Positions 1 through 8,073 of a DNA stretch of 16,430 bases are shown piece by piece. The notes beneath the pieces are model-generated. The model had not been told where the DNA came from, did no database searches, and worked only from the letters and a program-made list of their open reading frames with translations. The DNA is taken from assembly GCA_963699545.1 (NCBI GenBank), contig CAVOUE010000013.1:1-16430 (forward strand). The letters run 5' to 3'. The position numbers were made by a program, and so were the translations under genes. The first letter of the stretch is position 1; every line of letters starts with the position of its first letter. Origin of the DNA: Nitrospirota bacterium (lineage in GTDB: Bacteria > Nitrospirota > Thermodesulfovibrionia > Thermodesulfovibrionales > UBA9159).

Positions 1-656
1 CGGGAAGCAGATACCTGAGGGGAATAAATGTGCTCGGAGGCGTTGCAAAGGACATCTTCTCTCATGCCGATGACATTCTGCTGACGCTGGACCTCGTCAC
101 GAAGGAATATAAGGAGTTCATGGAGCTCCTTCTCAGTACGGTCTCCCATGTCGAGCGTCTCGAAAACACGGGCAAGCTCTCGAAGGAGATTGCCGTAAAG
201 CTCGGGGTCACCGGTGTGGCCGCGAGGGGCTCAGGGGTAAATGATGATATAAGGAAATCCCATCCCCATCTCCTCTACGACAGGCTCGCATTCGAAGCCC
301 ATACCATGGCGCGGGGAGATGTATTTGCGCGGATGATGATAAGGGCTGAGGAGGCGGAGTGCTCGCTCTCCATGATCGATGCACTCCTTGAAAGGAAATA
401 CGGGGACCTTCTGGCGGCAGAGGCAGAGGGAATCCCTGAGCATGCTTCCGCCCTCGGATACACAGAGACCCCTCGTGGTTCGGTGTTTTACTGGGTCATG
501 TCCGGGAGAGAGGGGAACGCTTTCAGGGTGAAACTGCGGTCCCCTTCCTATTGCAACTGGCCCGCGGTCCCCTTTGCGGTGCACGGCAATATCGTGCCTG
601 ATTTTCCCCTGTGCAACAAGAGCTTTAACCTCTCCTATTCAGGATGTGATATGTGA
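1..656 (+). CDS. Ehr/HyfG-like (group 4 hydrogenase-related, NuoD-like) large subunit, C-terminal part; 5' end outside window
   Basis: Frame is open from the window edge (GSRYLRGINVLGGV...). Motifs GVAARGSG, GDVFAR, ETPRG, RSPSYCNW and C-terminus PDFPLCNKSFNLSYSGCDM are typical of NuoD/HycE-like subunits. No DPCxxC Ni-binding motif. Confidence 0.85.
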   Translation, partial: GSRYLRGINVLGGVAKDIFSHADDILLTLDLVTKEYKEFMELLLSTVSHVERLENTGKLSKEIAVKLGVTGVAARGSGVNDDIRKSHPHLLYDRLAFEAHTMARGDVFARMMIRAEEAECSLSMIDALLERKYGDLLAAEAEGIPEHASALGYTETPRGSVFYWVMSGREGNAFRVKLRSPSYCNWPAVPFAVHGNIVPDFPLCNKSFNLSYSGCDM

Positions 657-671
657 CGGCGGTGAACGCTT

Positions 672-1202
672 ATGATTAAAGAGATCTTTGGAAACATAAC
701 AGGGAAAAGGAAGGCTATCCCGTTCCCCGAGGGGTTTGTGGCCTCTCCGGAGCACACGGCGCTCATCCTTGACCTCCAGCGGAAGGTGGATGCCGTCTTT
801 GGAAGGTCTTTGAGGATACGGCAGGTGGATGCTGGTTCATGCAATGCCTGCGAGTGGGAATGCACGGCCCTGACCAATCCCGTCTATGACATCCAGAGGT
901 TTGGCATCGATTTTGTCGCTTCGCCAAGACATGCCGACGCCCTTCTGGTGAGCGGTCCTGTCTCGAGACAGATGGAACTTGCCCTGAAAAAGACGTATCT
1001 CGCCACACCCGAGCCGAGGCTGGTCATTGCATGCGGCGACTGTGCGATGGACGGCGGGATCTATAAGGGGAGTTATGCGGTTGCCGGCGGCGTTGCCGGT
1101 GTGGTGCCGGTTGACTGTCATATCCCCGGATGCCCCCCCTCTCCGGTTGTTATAGCGGCGGGGATCCTGCGCCTGCTGGAGAGTCTGACCGGCAGGGAAT
1201 AA
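672..1202 (+). CDS. Ehr/HyfI-like small Fe-S subunit (NuoB family)
   Basis: GSCNACEWE, FVASPRHADALLVSGPV, ACGDCA and IPGCPP motifs of the NuoB/hydrogenase small-subunit family; directly follows the large subunit. Confidence 0.9.
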   Translation: MIKEIFGNITGKRKAIPFPEGFVASPEHTALILDLQRKVDAVFGRSLRIRQVDAGSCNACEWECTALTNPVYDIQRFGIDFVASPRHADALLVSGPVSRQMELALKKTYLATPEPRLVIACGDCAMDGGIYKGSYAVAGGVAGVVPVDCHIPGCPPSPVVIAAGILRLLESLTGRE

Positions 1203-1288
1203 TCACGAGAAACGCCGGACTCGCGAAGCGGCGTCGCTTATAATGACTTTTCTCAATCATATCGTTTATCATAACGGCGGCATATCAT

Positions 1289-2038
1289 ATGGAAGACCTC
1301 TATAGTGTAAAACTGCCTGCTTTCGAGGGCCCGCTTGACCTCCTCCTGCACCTTATAAAGGAGAACAAGATCGATATTTATGATATCCCCATAGCCCTCA
1401 TCACCCACCAGTATCTTGGGTACATCGAGCTGATGAAGGAGCTTGACCTGGATATCGCTGGGGAATTCCTCCTCATGGCTGCAACCCTGATCCATATCAA
1501 ATCACGGATGCTCCTGCCGGTGGAGGAGGTGACGGGAGAGGAACCCGAGGACCCGAGATTCGAGCTGGTCCAGCGGCTCATTGAATACAAGGGGTTCAAG
1601 GATGCATCCCTTGCCTTCAGGGAAAGGGAGGAAGAATGGAGCAATATTTTCCGCCGTGAGCCTGTGGACGAGATCCCCGAAGGCGAGGGTCCGGCGGAAC
1701 TGGACCTCTTCGACCTGAGCCTCTTCGATCTCCTCGGGGCGTTCAGAAAGATCCTTGAGAAAGCTCCCCCGGGGATGGTGGGCATCACCAGGGAGACCTT
1801 AACGGTCAAGGACAGGATCAGTTTCATCATGGAAAAGATCGAGAGCCAGGACACCATCCGGTTTGAAGACCTCTTCGAAGAGAACAGGACAATGACGTAT
1901 CTCATCGTAACCTTCATTGCGCTCCTGGAGATCCTGCGGTTGGGGCTCGCCAGGGCCTATCAGGAGAGGGATTTCGGGGCGATATGGATCATCAACCCCC
2001 AGAGGCAGGCCGCGGCGGAGAGCCAGCAGACCCCTTAG
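1289..2038 (+). CDS. scpA: Segregation and condensation protein A (SMC kleisin)
   Basis: N-terminal FEGPLDLLLHLI, AGEFLLMAATLIHIKSRMLLP, and C-terminal IVTFIALLEILR. Confidence 0.95.
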   Translation: MEDLYSVKLPAFEGPLDLLLHLIKENKIDIYDIPIALITHQYLGYIELMKELDLDIAGEFLLMAATLIHIKSRMLLPVEEVTGEEPEDPRFELVQRLIEYKGFKDASLAFREREEEWSNIFRREPVDEIPEGEGPAELDLFDLSLFDLLGAFRKILEKAPPGMVGITRETLTVKDRISFIMEKIESQDTIRFEDLFEENRTMTYLIVTFIALLEILRLGLARAYQERDFGAIWIINPQRQAAAESQQTP

Positions 2039-2123
2039 GAAAGGCTGTTTTCCCACCATTTCGCGGACGTCCTGACGAGAAAGAAAGCGGGCATCTGAGT
2101 GGTGAGCTATTGACCCGTAATTG

Positions 2124-2132
2124 TGCTATACT
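2124..2132 (+). promoter_or_regulatory. Candidate extended -10 promoter (TG-C-TATACT) upstream of the rplI-dnaB operon
   Basis: TGCTATACT at 2124-2132. No good -35 at 17-bp spacing (the TTGACC at 2110 is too close). Confidence 0.45.
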
Positions 2133-2340
2133 AGGAACCGAGGTTGGCGATGTGTCCGGCAACTGTTCATGCACTTCCACAATTCAGGTTCGAGCGGTCT
2201 GCATATGATTCTCATGCGGGATGAGAGCCCTGATGTATTTTCGAAGAAGATTGAAACGGATAGCGGGCGCATTCTCCGTAGTCTGCTTCAGGGTGAGCGG
2301 GCGAATAGTATAGTGAATGCTTCATAAGGAGGTCGGTTGA

Positions 2341-2784
2341 ATGAAAGTTATTCTTCAGGAAAATGTGCAAAGTCTCGGGAAAATGGGCGACGTGGTGAAC
2401 GTGGCCGACGGGTATGCGAGGAATTATCTCATTCCCAGGAAGCTCGGGGTTGAGGCGAATACCAAGAATATCAGGGCCCTTGAGCACGAGAAGAAAAAGA
2501 TAGAGGAAAAGGCCAGAAAGCTTATGGGTGAGGCACGCGGACTGGCAGAGAGACTGTCGAGTCTGACGCTTACTCTGAGCGCCAAGGCGGGGGAAGAAGA
2601 GCGGCTTTTCGGTTCGATCACGAGCATGGATATCGCTGAAGCGCTGAAGAAGGAAGGGTTCGAGATCGAGAAGAAAAAGATACTTCTTGATGAACCTATC
2701 AAGAGGCTCGGTTCCTATGCCGTTGGCATAAAAATTCACCCTGATGTAACGCCCAAGGTGCAGGTCAACGTAATCCCGGAATGA
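2341..2784 (+). CDS. rplI: 50S ribosomal protein L9
   Basis: MKVILQENVQSLGKMGDVVNVADGYARNYLIP, LFGSIT, PIKRLG; SD AAGGAGG at 2326-2332. Confidence 0.98.
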   Translation: MKVILQENVQSLGKMGDVVNVADGYARNYLIPRKLGVEANTKNIRALEHEKKKIEEKARKLMGEARGLAERLSSLTLTLSAKAGEEERLFGSITSMDIAEALKKEGFEIEKKKILLDEPIKRLGSYAVGIKIHPDVTPKVQVNVIPE

Positions 2785-4157
2785 ACAATTCAGGAGTAGC
2801 CCTTGACAGACTCCCGCCCCAGAATGTCGAGGCCGAGCAGTCCATCCTCGGCGCCGTCCTTCTCGAGAATGACGCCCTCCTGAAGGCGCTGGAAATTCTC
2901 ACCCCGGAGGACTTCTACCGGGAGTCTCACCGCAGGCTCTTCAATGTGATGATAGAGCTCTTCGAAAAGAACGAAGCCATAGACCTTATTACCGTCGCCG
3001 ATGCGCTCAAGAGAAGGAGCGAGCTGGACGATGTGGGAGGGGTCACCTACCTTTCGAGCCTGGCGAGCCAGATCCCCACTGCGGCAAATGTCCGCTACCA
3101 TTCGAAGATCGTCAAAGAGAAGGCGCTGCTCAGGGGACTTCTGCGATCGGCCACGGAGATCGCTGCAAAGGTATATGAATCCACCATGGAAGCGGATGAG
3201 ATGGTGGATTATGCGGAGAGGACCATATTTGATATCTCTGACAAACGGACAAAGACATCTTTCTTCAGTCTCAAAGAGGTGATCAAGAGCAGCTTCGAGC
3301 TGATCGAGCATCTCTATGACAAGAAAGAGGCGATCACCGGCGTGCCGTCCGGGTTCGCGGACCTTGACGAGCAGACCACGGGGTTCCAGCCAGGAGATCT
3401 CGTCATCATCGGGGGAAGACCGTCCATGGGAAAAACAGCGCTGGGCCTTAATATCGCGCAGCACGTGGCCCTTGAACTGAAGGAGCCCGTTGCTATCTTC
3501 AGCCTTGAAATGTCAAAGGAACAGCTCGCTTTGAGGATGCTGTGCTCCGAGGCCATGGTGGATTCAAATAGCGTGAGAAAGGGATTTATCCGGAAAGAGG
3601 ACTGGCATAAGCTCACGAGCGCAGCCGGAAGACTGGCTGAGGCCCCTATCTTCATTGACGATTCATCCGGGACCTCGGTCCTGGAGATGAGGGCAAAGGC
3701 CAGGCGACTCAAAATGGAACATCACGGCGGACTGGGTCTTGTGGTGGTTGACTATCTCCAGCTCATGAGGGGGAGGGGCAACTTCGAGAGGAGAGAGCAG
3801 GAGATATCAGAGATCTCCCGTTCCCTGAAAGGACTTGCCAAGGAATTGAAGGTTCCGGTGATTGCACTGAGCCAGCTGAACAGGGGCGTTGAATCGCGGG
3901 TCGACAAGAGACCGAGCCTTGCGGACCTCAGGGAGTCCGGCGCCATCGAGCAGGATGCTGACGTCATCATCTTCCTGTACCGCGACGAAGTGTATCAGAA
4001 GGACAACCCACAGAACAAAGGGAAGGCAGAGGCCATCATCGCAAAGCAGCGGAACGGTCCGATCGGCACTGTTCACCTGACCTTCCTTTCCAGTTGCACC
4101 CGGTTCGTGCCCCATGCAAAGATGGAGTACAGTGAGGAATCCGAGGAGGTCTTTTGA
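2781..4157 (+). CDS. dnaB: Replicative DNA helicase
   Basis: PPQNVEAEQSILG, Walker A GRPSMGKT, VVDYLQLM, DLRESGAIEQDAD, KQRNGPIG; ATGA-type start overlapping the rplI stop; no intein. Confidence 0.98.
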   Translation: MNNSGVALDRLPPQNVEAEQSILGAVLLENDALLKALEILTPEDFYRESHRRLFNVMIELFEKNEAIDLITVADALKRRSELDDVGGVTYLSSLASQIPTAANVRYHSKIVKEKALLRGLLRSATEIAAKVYESTMEADEMVDYAERTIFDISDKRTKTSFFSLKEVIKSSFELIEHLYDKKEAITGVPSGFADLDEQTTGFQPGDLVIIGGRPSMGKTALGLNIAQHVALELKEPVAIFSLEMSKEQLALRMLCSEAMVDSNSVRKGFIRKEDWHKLTSAAGRLAEAPIFIDDSSGTSVLEMRAKARRLKMEHHGGLGLVVVDYLQLMRGRGNFERREQEISEISRSLKGLAKELKVPVIALSQLNRGVESRVDKRPSLADLRESGAIEQDADVIIFLYRDEVYQKDNPQNKGKAEAIIAKQRNGPIGTVHLTFLSSCTRFVPHAKMEYSEESEEVF

Positions 4158-4765
4158 TCGGAGCTATCCTTTCGGGGGGAGAGAATACGAGGATCCCTGT
4201 GCTGAAAGGCTTCCTGAGCATAGAGGGGAGGGCGATCATCGAGCGCAGCATCGATGTGCTCACGAGGGTCTTTGACAGGGTGGTGATAAGCACCAACATG
4301 CCGGAGAGATATTTTCCCCTCGGTGTCCCTCTCATCGGTGACATCAGAAGAGAAAAAGGCCCCATGACCGGTATACTGTCGGTCCTTGCTGCCACCGGAG
4401 CTGATGCCGTCTTCGTTGTCGCCTGTGACATGCCGTTTATCAGTGAAAAGCTCATCCGCTCTATGGTCGGGAAATACAAAGCAGAGTGCGCGGAGCAGGG
4501 TACGGGAAATTGTGACGCCATGATCCCGGTGTTCGGCGGCTATAAAGAGCCACTCTTCGGGATTTACGCAAGGAGCGCTGCGGTACCTATGGACAGCCTC
4601 ATCAGGGACGGACGCAGGAAGCTCACCGATGTGCTTGCAGGTCTGCGGGTAAGGTATATTGCCGAACAGGAGGTGAGGGCTGTCGACCCTGAGGGAGGGT
4701 CCTTTGTGAACATAAACACCATGGAAGACTATGAGAGAATTGGAGGGAAAACATGTTTGGTCTAG
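4154..4765 (+). CDS. mobA: Molybdenum cofactor guanylyltransferase
   Basis: ILSGGENTR (LAGG..R-like), [31 protein letters not shown] start overlaps the dnaB stop. Confidence 0.9.
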   Translation: MIGAILSGGENTRIPVLKGFLSIEGRAIIERSIDVLTRVFDRVVISTNMPERYFPLGVPLIGDIRREKGPMTGILSVLAATGADAVFVVACDMPFISEKLIRSMVGKYKAECAEQGTGNCDAMIPVFGGYKEPLFGIYARSAAVPMDSLIRDGRRKLTDVLAGLRVRYIAEQEVRAVDPEGGSFVNINTMEDYERIGGKTCLV

Positions 4766-4962
4766 GGATGCAGGAGCTTGTGATCATTCTCATTATCGTA
4801 CTTGTCCTCTTCGGCGCTACGAGGTTGCCCGAGATAGGGAAGGGCATCGGCCAGGCGATCAGGAACTTCAAGAAGGCAACGTCGGAACCTGATGAGATAG
4901 ATATTACGCCAAAGAAGCCCGTGGAAGAAAAAAAGGAAGAGAAGAAAGAGGAATCGAAGTAA
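4753..4962 (+). CDS. tatA: Twin-arginine translocase TatA/E subunit
   Basis: [41 protein letters not shown] with a charged tail; SD GGAGG upstream. Confidence 0.95.
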   Translation: MFGLGMQELVIILIIVLVLFGATRLPEIGKGIGQAIRNFKKATSEPDEIDITPKKPVEEKKEEKKEESK

Positions 4963-4998
4963 TGGGGAGGGCGCGGGGAGAGAGATGCTCATTCCTCC

Positions 4999-6171
4999 TT
5001 GCATCAGGCGGTGTATAGAGGGGCAGTCGCAGAGATAGACCTCAATGCCGTATCCCGCAATTTCCGGACAGTAAAAAGACTTACCGGGAACCGTCCCGTC
5101 ATCGCGGTGGTGAAGGCGGATGCATACGGTCACGGCGCAGCAGAAACGGCAAAGAGGCTTGCGGACGAGGGCGTGTCTTTCCTTGGTGTGGCGTTCGCCG
5201 ACGAGGCGGTCAGGCTCAGAGAAGCGGGAATCCGTTCACGGATACTTGTGTTTTTCGACAAGTTCGATGCCGCGGTCTTCTTTGAGCATCATCTCACCCC
5301 TGTGATTCACGACCTCCCGACGGCGAGGATGTTTTCAAGAGAGGCCCGGAAGAGGAACCGTTCCCTTGACGTCCACGTGAAGATCGATACGGGGATGGGG
5401 AGGCTCGGGTTCAACAGCAGGGACATCATGAAAGAGATGACGGCCATCGGGAAGATGCCGAACCTCCGCATCGCGGGACTCATGAGTCACTTTTCCGATT
5501 CAGACATTTCCGACACGTCGTATGCCGAGAAGCAGTTGAAGAGCTTTCATGCCGTCAGTGAGTCCCTCAGAAAAAAGTCCGGAGGTCCCCTCGTCCGCCA
5601 TATGGCGAACAGCGCTGCTGTCCTTTCCCTGAAGGATGCGTATCTGGATGCGGTGAGACCGGGCCTTATCCTGTACGGACATTCTCCGTTTCAGCAGTCC
5701 TCCGCCTCAGGCGGAAGGAGCCGGAAGTCAGGGCTAGCACGGAACACCAACCCCCCAAGCCCGAACGTTAAACTCATCCCTGCGATGAAGGTGAAGACAG
5801 AGATACTCTCTCTGAGAAGACTGCGGAAAGGAACGCCTGTCAGTTACGGAAGGACGTTCATCACGGGACGGGACAGCGTCATCGCCGTGTTGCCGGTGGG
5901 TTATGCGGACGGATACAGCAGGGCACTGAGCAATACGATGGAGGTCCTTGTGAAGGGGCAGAGAGCGCCGGTGGTCGGCAGGGTCTGCATGGATCTGACC
6001 ATGGTCGATGTCACCGGGATTCGGGGGGTGAAGGAGAGGGATGAGGTGGTGCTCCTCGGCAGTCAGGGTCGCGAAGAGATCACCGCTTCCGAGATGGGAG
6101 CAAAGGCAGGCACTATCTCCTATGAGGTCCTCACCTCGCTGGGAAGCAGGTCGAGGAGGATTTATGTATAA
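4999..6171 (+). CDS. alr: Alanine racemase (true start may be GTG at 5011)
   Basis: PLP lysine motif AVVKADAYGHG, HVKIDTGMGRLG, VRPGLILYG, VGYADGY, VGRVCMD, TISYEV. Confidence 0.97.
   Translation: MHQAVYRGAVAEIDLNAVSRNFRTVKRLTGNRPVIAVVKADAYGHGAAETAKRLADEGVSFLGVAFADEAVRLREAGIRSRILVFFDKFDAAVFFEHHLTPVIHDLPTARMFSREARKRNRSLDVHVKIDTGMGRLGFNSRDIMKEMTAIGKMPNLRIAGLMSHFSDSDISDTSYAEKQLKSFHAVSESLRKKSGGPLVRHMANSAAVLSLKDAYLDAVRPGLILYGHSPFQQSSASGGRSRKSGLARNTNPPSPNVKLIPAMKVKTEILSLRRLRKGTPVSYGRTFITGRDSVIAVLPVGYADGYSRALSNTMEVLVKGQRAPVVGRVCMDLTMVDVTGIRGVKERDEVVLLGSQGREEITASEMGAKAGTISYEVLTSLGSRSRRIYV
5701..5715. repeat. Short palindrome TCCGCC-TCA-GGCGGA inside an in-frame loop insertion of alr (REP-like)
   Basis: Perfect 6-bp stem with 3-nt loop, encoding SASGG within a low-complexity loop segment. 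Confidence 0.5.
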
Positions 6172-6247
6172 TAGACACCATCTGTTCCGGATAAAGAGAG
6201 GATGATAAGGTCGCCGGAAACGCGGGAGAAGAAAGGAGGTGGAGAGA

Positions 6248-6640
6248 ATGAGAGTACCTTTTGTAAAACAGATTTCCTGGTATCTGATTGTCGCATTATT
6301 TGTCATCGGTATTACGCCGAGACTGGATGCAGCGATGGCGCCGTCCGAGGTGATCGCTTCTTCACAGTTCGAACGCGCAGCAGACCTGGCACTGATACAG
6401 CGGGTGCTGGAGATGAAGGTGGTGAAGGAGCGTCTTGATAAACTGGGATTTACCGCTGATGAGATCGGAGCGAGAGTTGACACGCTCAGCGACCATCAGA
6501 TCCACCAGCTTGCCCGGCAGATAGACGACCTGAAGGTCGGAAAGGATGCCGGCGCCGTGATTCTCGTGGTTCTTTTGATTGTGCTTATAGTAGTTGCCGT
6601 CCTCTATTTCACAGGCCGCAAGGTTATCGTGACGAAGTGA
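6248..6640 (+). CDS. PA2779-family protein (signal peptide, helical core, hydrophobic C-terminus)
   Basis: About 130 aa; signal-like N-terminus ending ...LDAAM; LGFTADEIGARVDTLSDHQIHQLA core; C-terminal hydrophobic run; adjacent to a C39 peptidase; purine-rich SD region before ATG 6248. Confidence 0.85.
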   Translation: MRVPFVKQISWYLIVALFVIGITPRLDAAMAPSEVIASSQFERAADLALIQRVLEMKVVKERLDKLGFTADEIGARVDTLSDHQIHQLARQIDDLKVGKDAGAVILVVLLIVLIVVAVLYFTGRKVIVTK

Positions 6641-6653
6641 TGGGCAGTAATGG

Positions 6654-6698
6654 ATAATGCGTGATGGGGCCCGTGTGAGCGGGCCCATCACGTATTAT
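6654..6698 (+). promoter_or_regulatory. Strong intergenic stem-loop without U-tract between the PA2779-like and C39 genes
   Basis: ATAATGCGTGATGGGGCCCG-TGTGAG-CGGGCCCATCACGTATTAT: about 19-bp stem with one G bulge and one G-U pair, reaching into ATG 6697. Confidence 0.7.
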
Positions 6699-7248
6699 GA
6701 GTGTCATACCTATGCAACGATACGCAATACATATCATCCTCGTGTTCATATTCCTTCACGGCTGCGCTTCTGTCACCGATGTCCCTGATGCACAGCGAAA
6801 GAGTGCTCTCCGCGTTATAGACAATGTCCCCTTTTTCCCCCAGGAAGAGTATCAGTGCGGTCCGGCATCCCTTGCATCGGTCCTGAATTACTGGGGTGTC
6901 TCCGCCACTCCCGAGGAGATCGGGAAGGCGATATACAGTCAGTCCGCCAAAGGTACGCTGAACATTGATATGGTTATCTACACCCAGACGAGGGGGCTTG
7001 AGGCATCCTATTACCGGGGAGCATGGGATGACCTCCGGAAGAAGATCGATTCAGGGTTCCCCCTTATCGTACTTGTTGATTACGGCTTTTCCGTGTTCCA
7101 GGCGAACCATTTCATGGTGATCATCGGATACAACGAAGACAACGTGGTGGCGCATTCGGGAAAACATGAAAAAAAGGTAATCCCCCGCGCGGACTTTCTG
7201 AAATCATGGGAGAAGACGAACTACTGGACACTCTTCATAAGAAGGTGA
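6697..7248 (+). CDS. C39-family cysteine peptidase (PA2778-like), predicted lipoprotein
   Basis: Lipobox-like FLHGC; VPFFPQEEYQCGPASLA (catalytic Cys), NHFMVIIGY (His), AHSG. Confidence 0.88.
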   Translation: MSVIPMQRYAIHIILVFIFLHGCASVTDVPDAQRKSALRVIDNVPFFPQEEYQCGPASLASVLNYWGVSATPEEIGKAIYSQSAKGTLNIDMVIYTQTRGLEASYYRGAWDDLRKKIDSGFPLIVLVDYGFSVFQANHFMVIIGYNEDNVVAHSGKHEKKVIPRADFLKSWEKTNYWTLFIRR

Positions 7249-7267
7249 CAAGTAACAGGTGACAAGT
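7243..7267. repeat. 11-bp direct repeat AGGTGACAAGT at 14-bp spacing (heptamer-period repeat)
   Basis: Copies at 7243-7253 and 7257-7267. Confidence 0.6.
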
Positions 7268-7294
7268 TATTAAGACAGTCATACGACAGGGGAT

Positions 7295-7789
7295 GTGATC
7301 TTACTTATGAATTCCTTAGTGAGAGCTAAAGAATTGAGATATTTGAACTTCTCGTTACTATTGTGCTGTCTGCTGTCTGCCGGTTGTTCGTTGCCAAGGA
7401 TTATCGTCCTTGATGACCCTCTGAGCCCGGAGGAGCATCTCAATCTCGGGGTCGCCTATGAGCGGAAGGGAGAGCTGGACAGCGCCATAAAGGAATATGA
7501 GGCGGCGTCAAAGCGGTTGCCCATGGCATATCTCTATCTCGGTAACGTCTCTTTCCAGAAAGAAGAGCTGGATGGGGCCGAGCGGTATTACCGGAAGGCG
7601 CTGGAAAATGACCCGCTGAACGCAGACGCGTACAACAACCTTGCATGGCTCTATTACACAAAAAAGGAGAATCTGGACGAGGCGCAAGAACTTGCTCTCA
7701 AAGCCCTGGCCCTCAACCCTTCGAAAAAGGAGCTCTATCAGGATACCCTGGACAGGATAAGGGCGCTCAAGGCGAGTTCTCTTCGATGA
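7295..7789 (+). CDS. Tetratricopeptide-repeat lipoprotein (start may be later, e.g. TTG 7333)
   Basis: Lipobox LSAGC; TPR motifs HLNLGVAYERKGELDSAIKEY, AYLYLGNV, AYNNLAWLY. Confidence 0.88.
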   Translation: MILLMNSLVRAKELRYLNFSLLLCCLLSAGCSLPRIIVLDDPLSPEEHLNLGVAYERKGELDSAIKEYEAASKRLPMAYLYLGNVSFQKEELDGAERYYRKALENDPLNADAYNNLAWLYYTKKENLDEAQELALKALALNPSKKELYQDTLDRIRALKASSLR

Positions 7790-7919
7790 GCATATGCGAC
7801 GGTATACGGGACAGCTGTGCGGCTTCTCACCGAAGAATGACCAATCTGGGATGCGCAGTTCACCGACTACTTCTCTTGGTTCAACATGTTACAGCAGTTA
7901 AGATTTTCGAGAAAACTAC

Positions 7920-7983
7920 GCGTAACGCCACGAGTTGAGAGGGAGCCTGCAGTTTCGGCGATCCACTACACGAGTTGTTAGGC
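7920..7983 (-). mobile_element. Degenerate integron attC-like recombination site
   Basis: Minus strand reads GCCTAAC-AACTC-GTGTAGTGGA-TCGCC-GAAACTGCA-GGC-TCCCTCTCAAC-TCGTGGC-GTTACGC: RYYYAAC ... GTT core, 64 bp, imperfect palindrome, downstream of a co-oriented orphan ORF. Confidence 0.55.
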
Positions 7984-8073
7984 ACTTCATTGTCTTTGAC
8001 ACGTTTCTGAGTGTCCCCATTGTCATGATTAACACCCACGTCTTGCAAAAACTGTGGCCTCGACAAGGAGGTT

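Noticed and set aside
2139-2320. 6S RNA or tRNA in the scpA-rplI spacer
   Set aside because: I could not find end-to-end pairing with a central bubble or a cloverleaf; kept only as an unassigned structured leader.
2781-4157. Intein in DnaB
   Set aside because: Length (458 aa) and contiguous motifs match an uninterrupted DnaB.
231-6483. Long antisense ORFs (e.g. 1378..1917, 2212..2739, 2790..3464, 5734..6483)
   Set aside because: They are shadows of well-supported plus-strand genes and have no recognisable motifs.
7929-7977. 9-bp direct repeat CACGAGTTG as a CRISPR remnant or target-site duplication
   Set aside because: Only two short copies 40 bp apart, no cas genes, and both lie within the attC-like palindrome.
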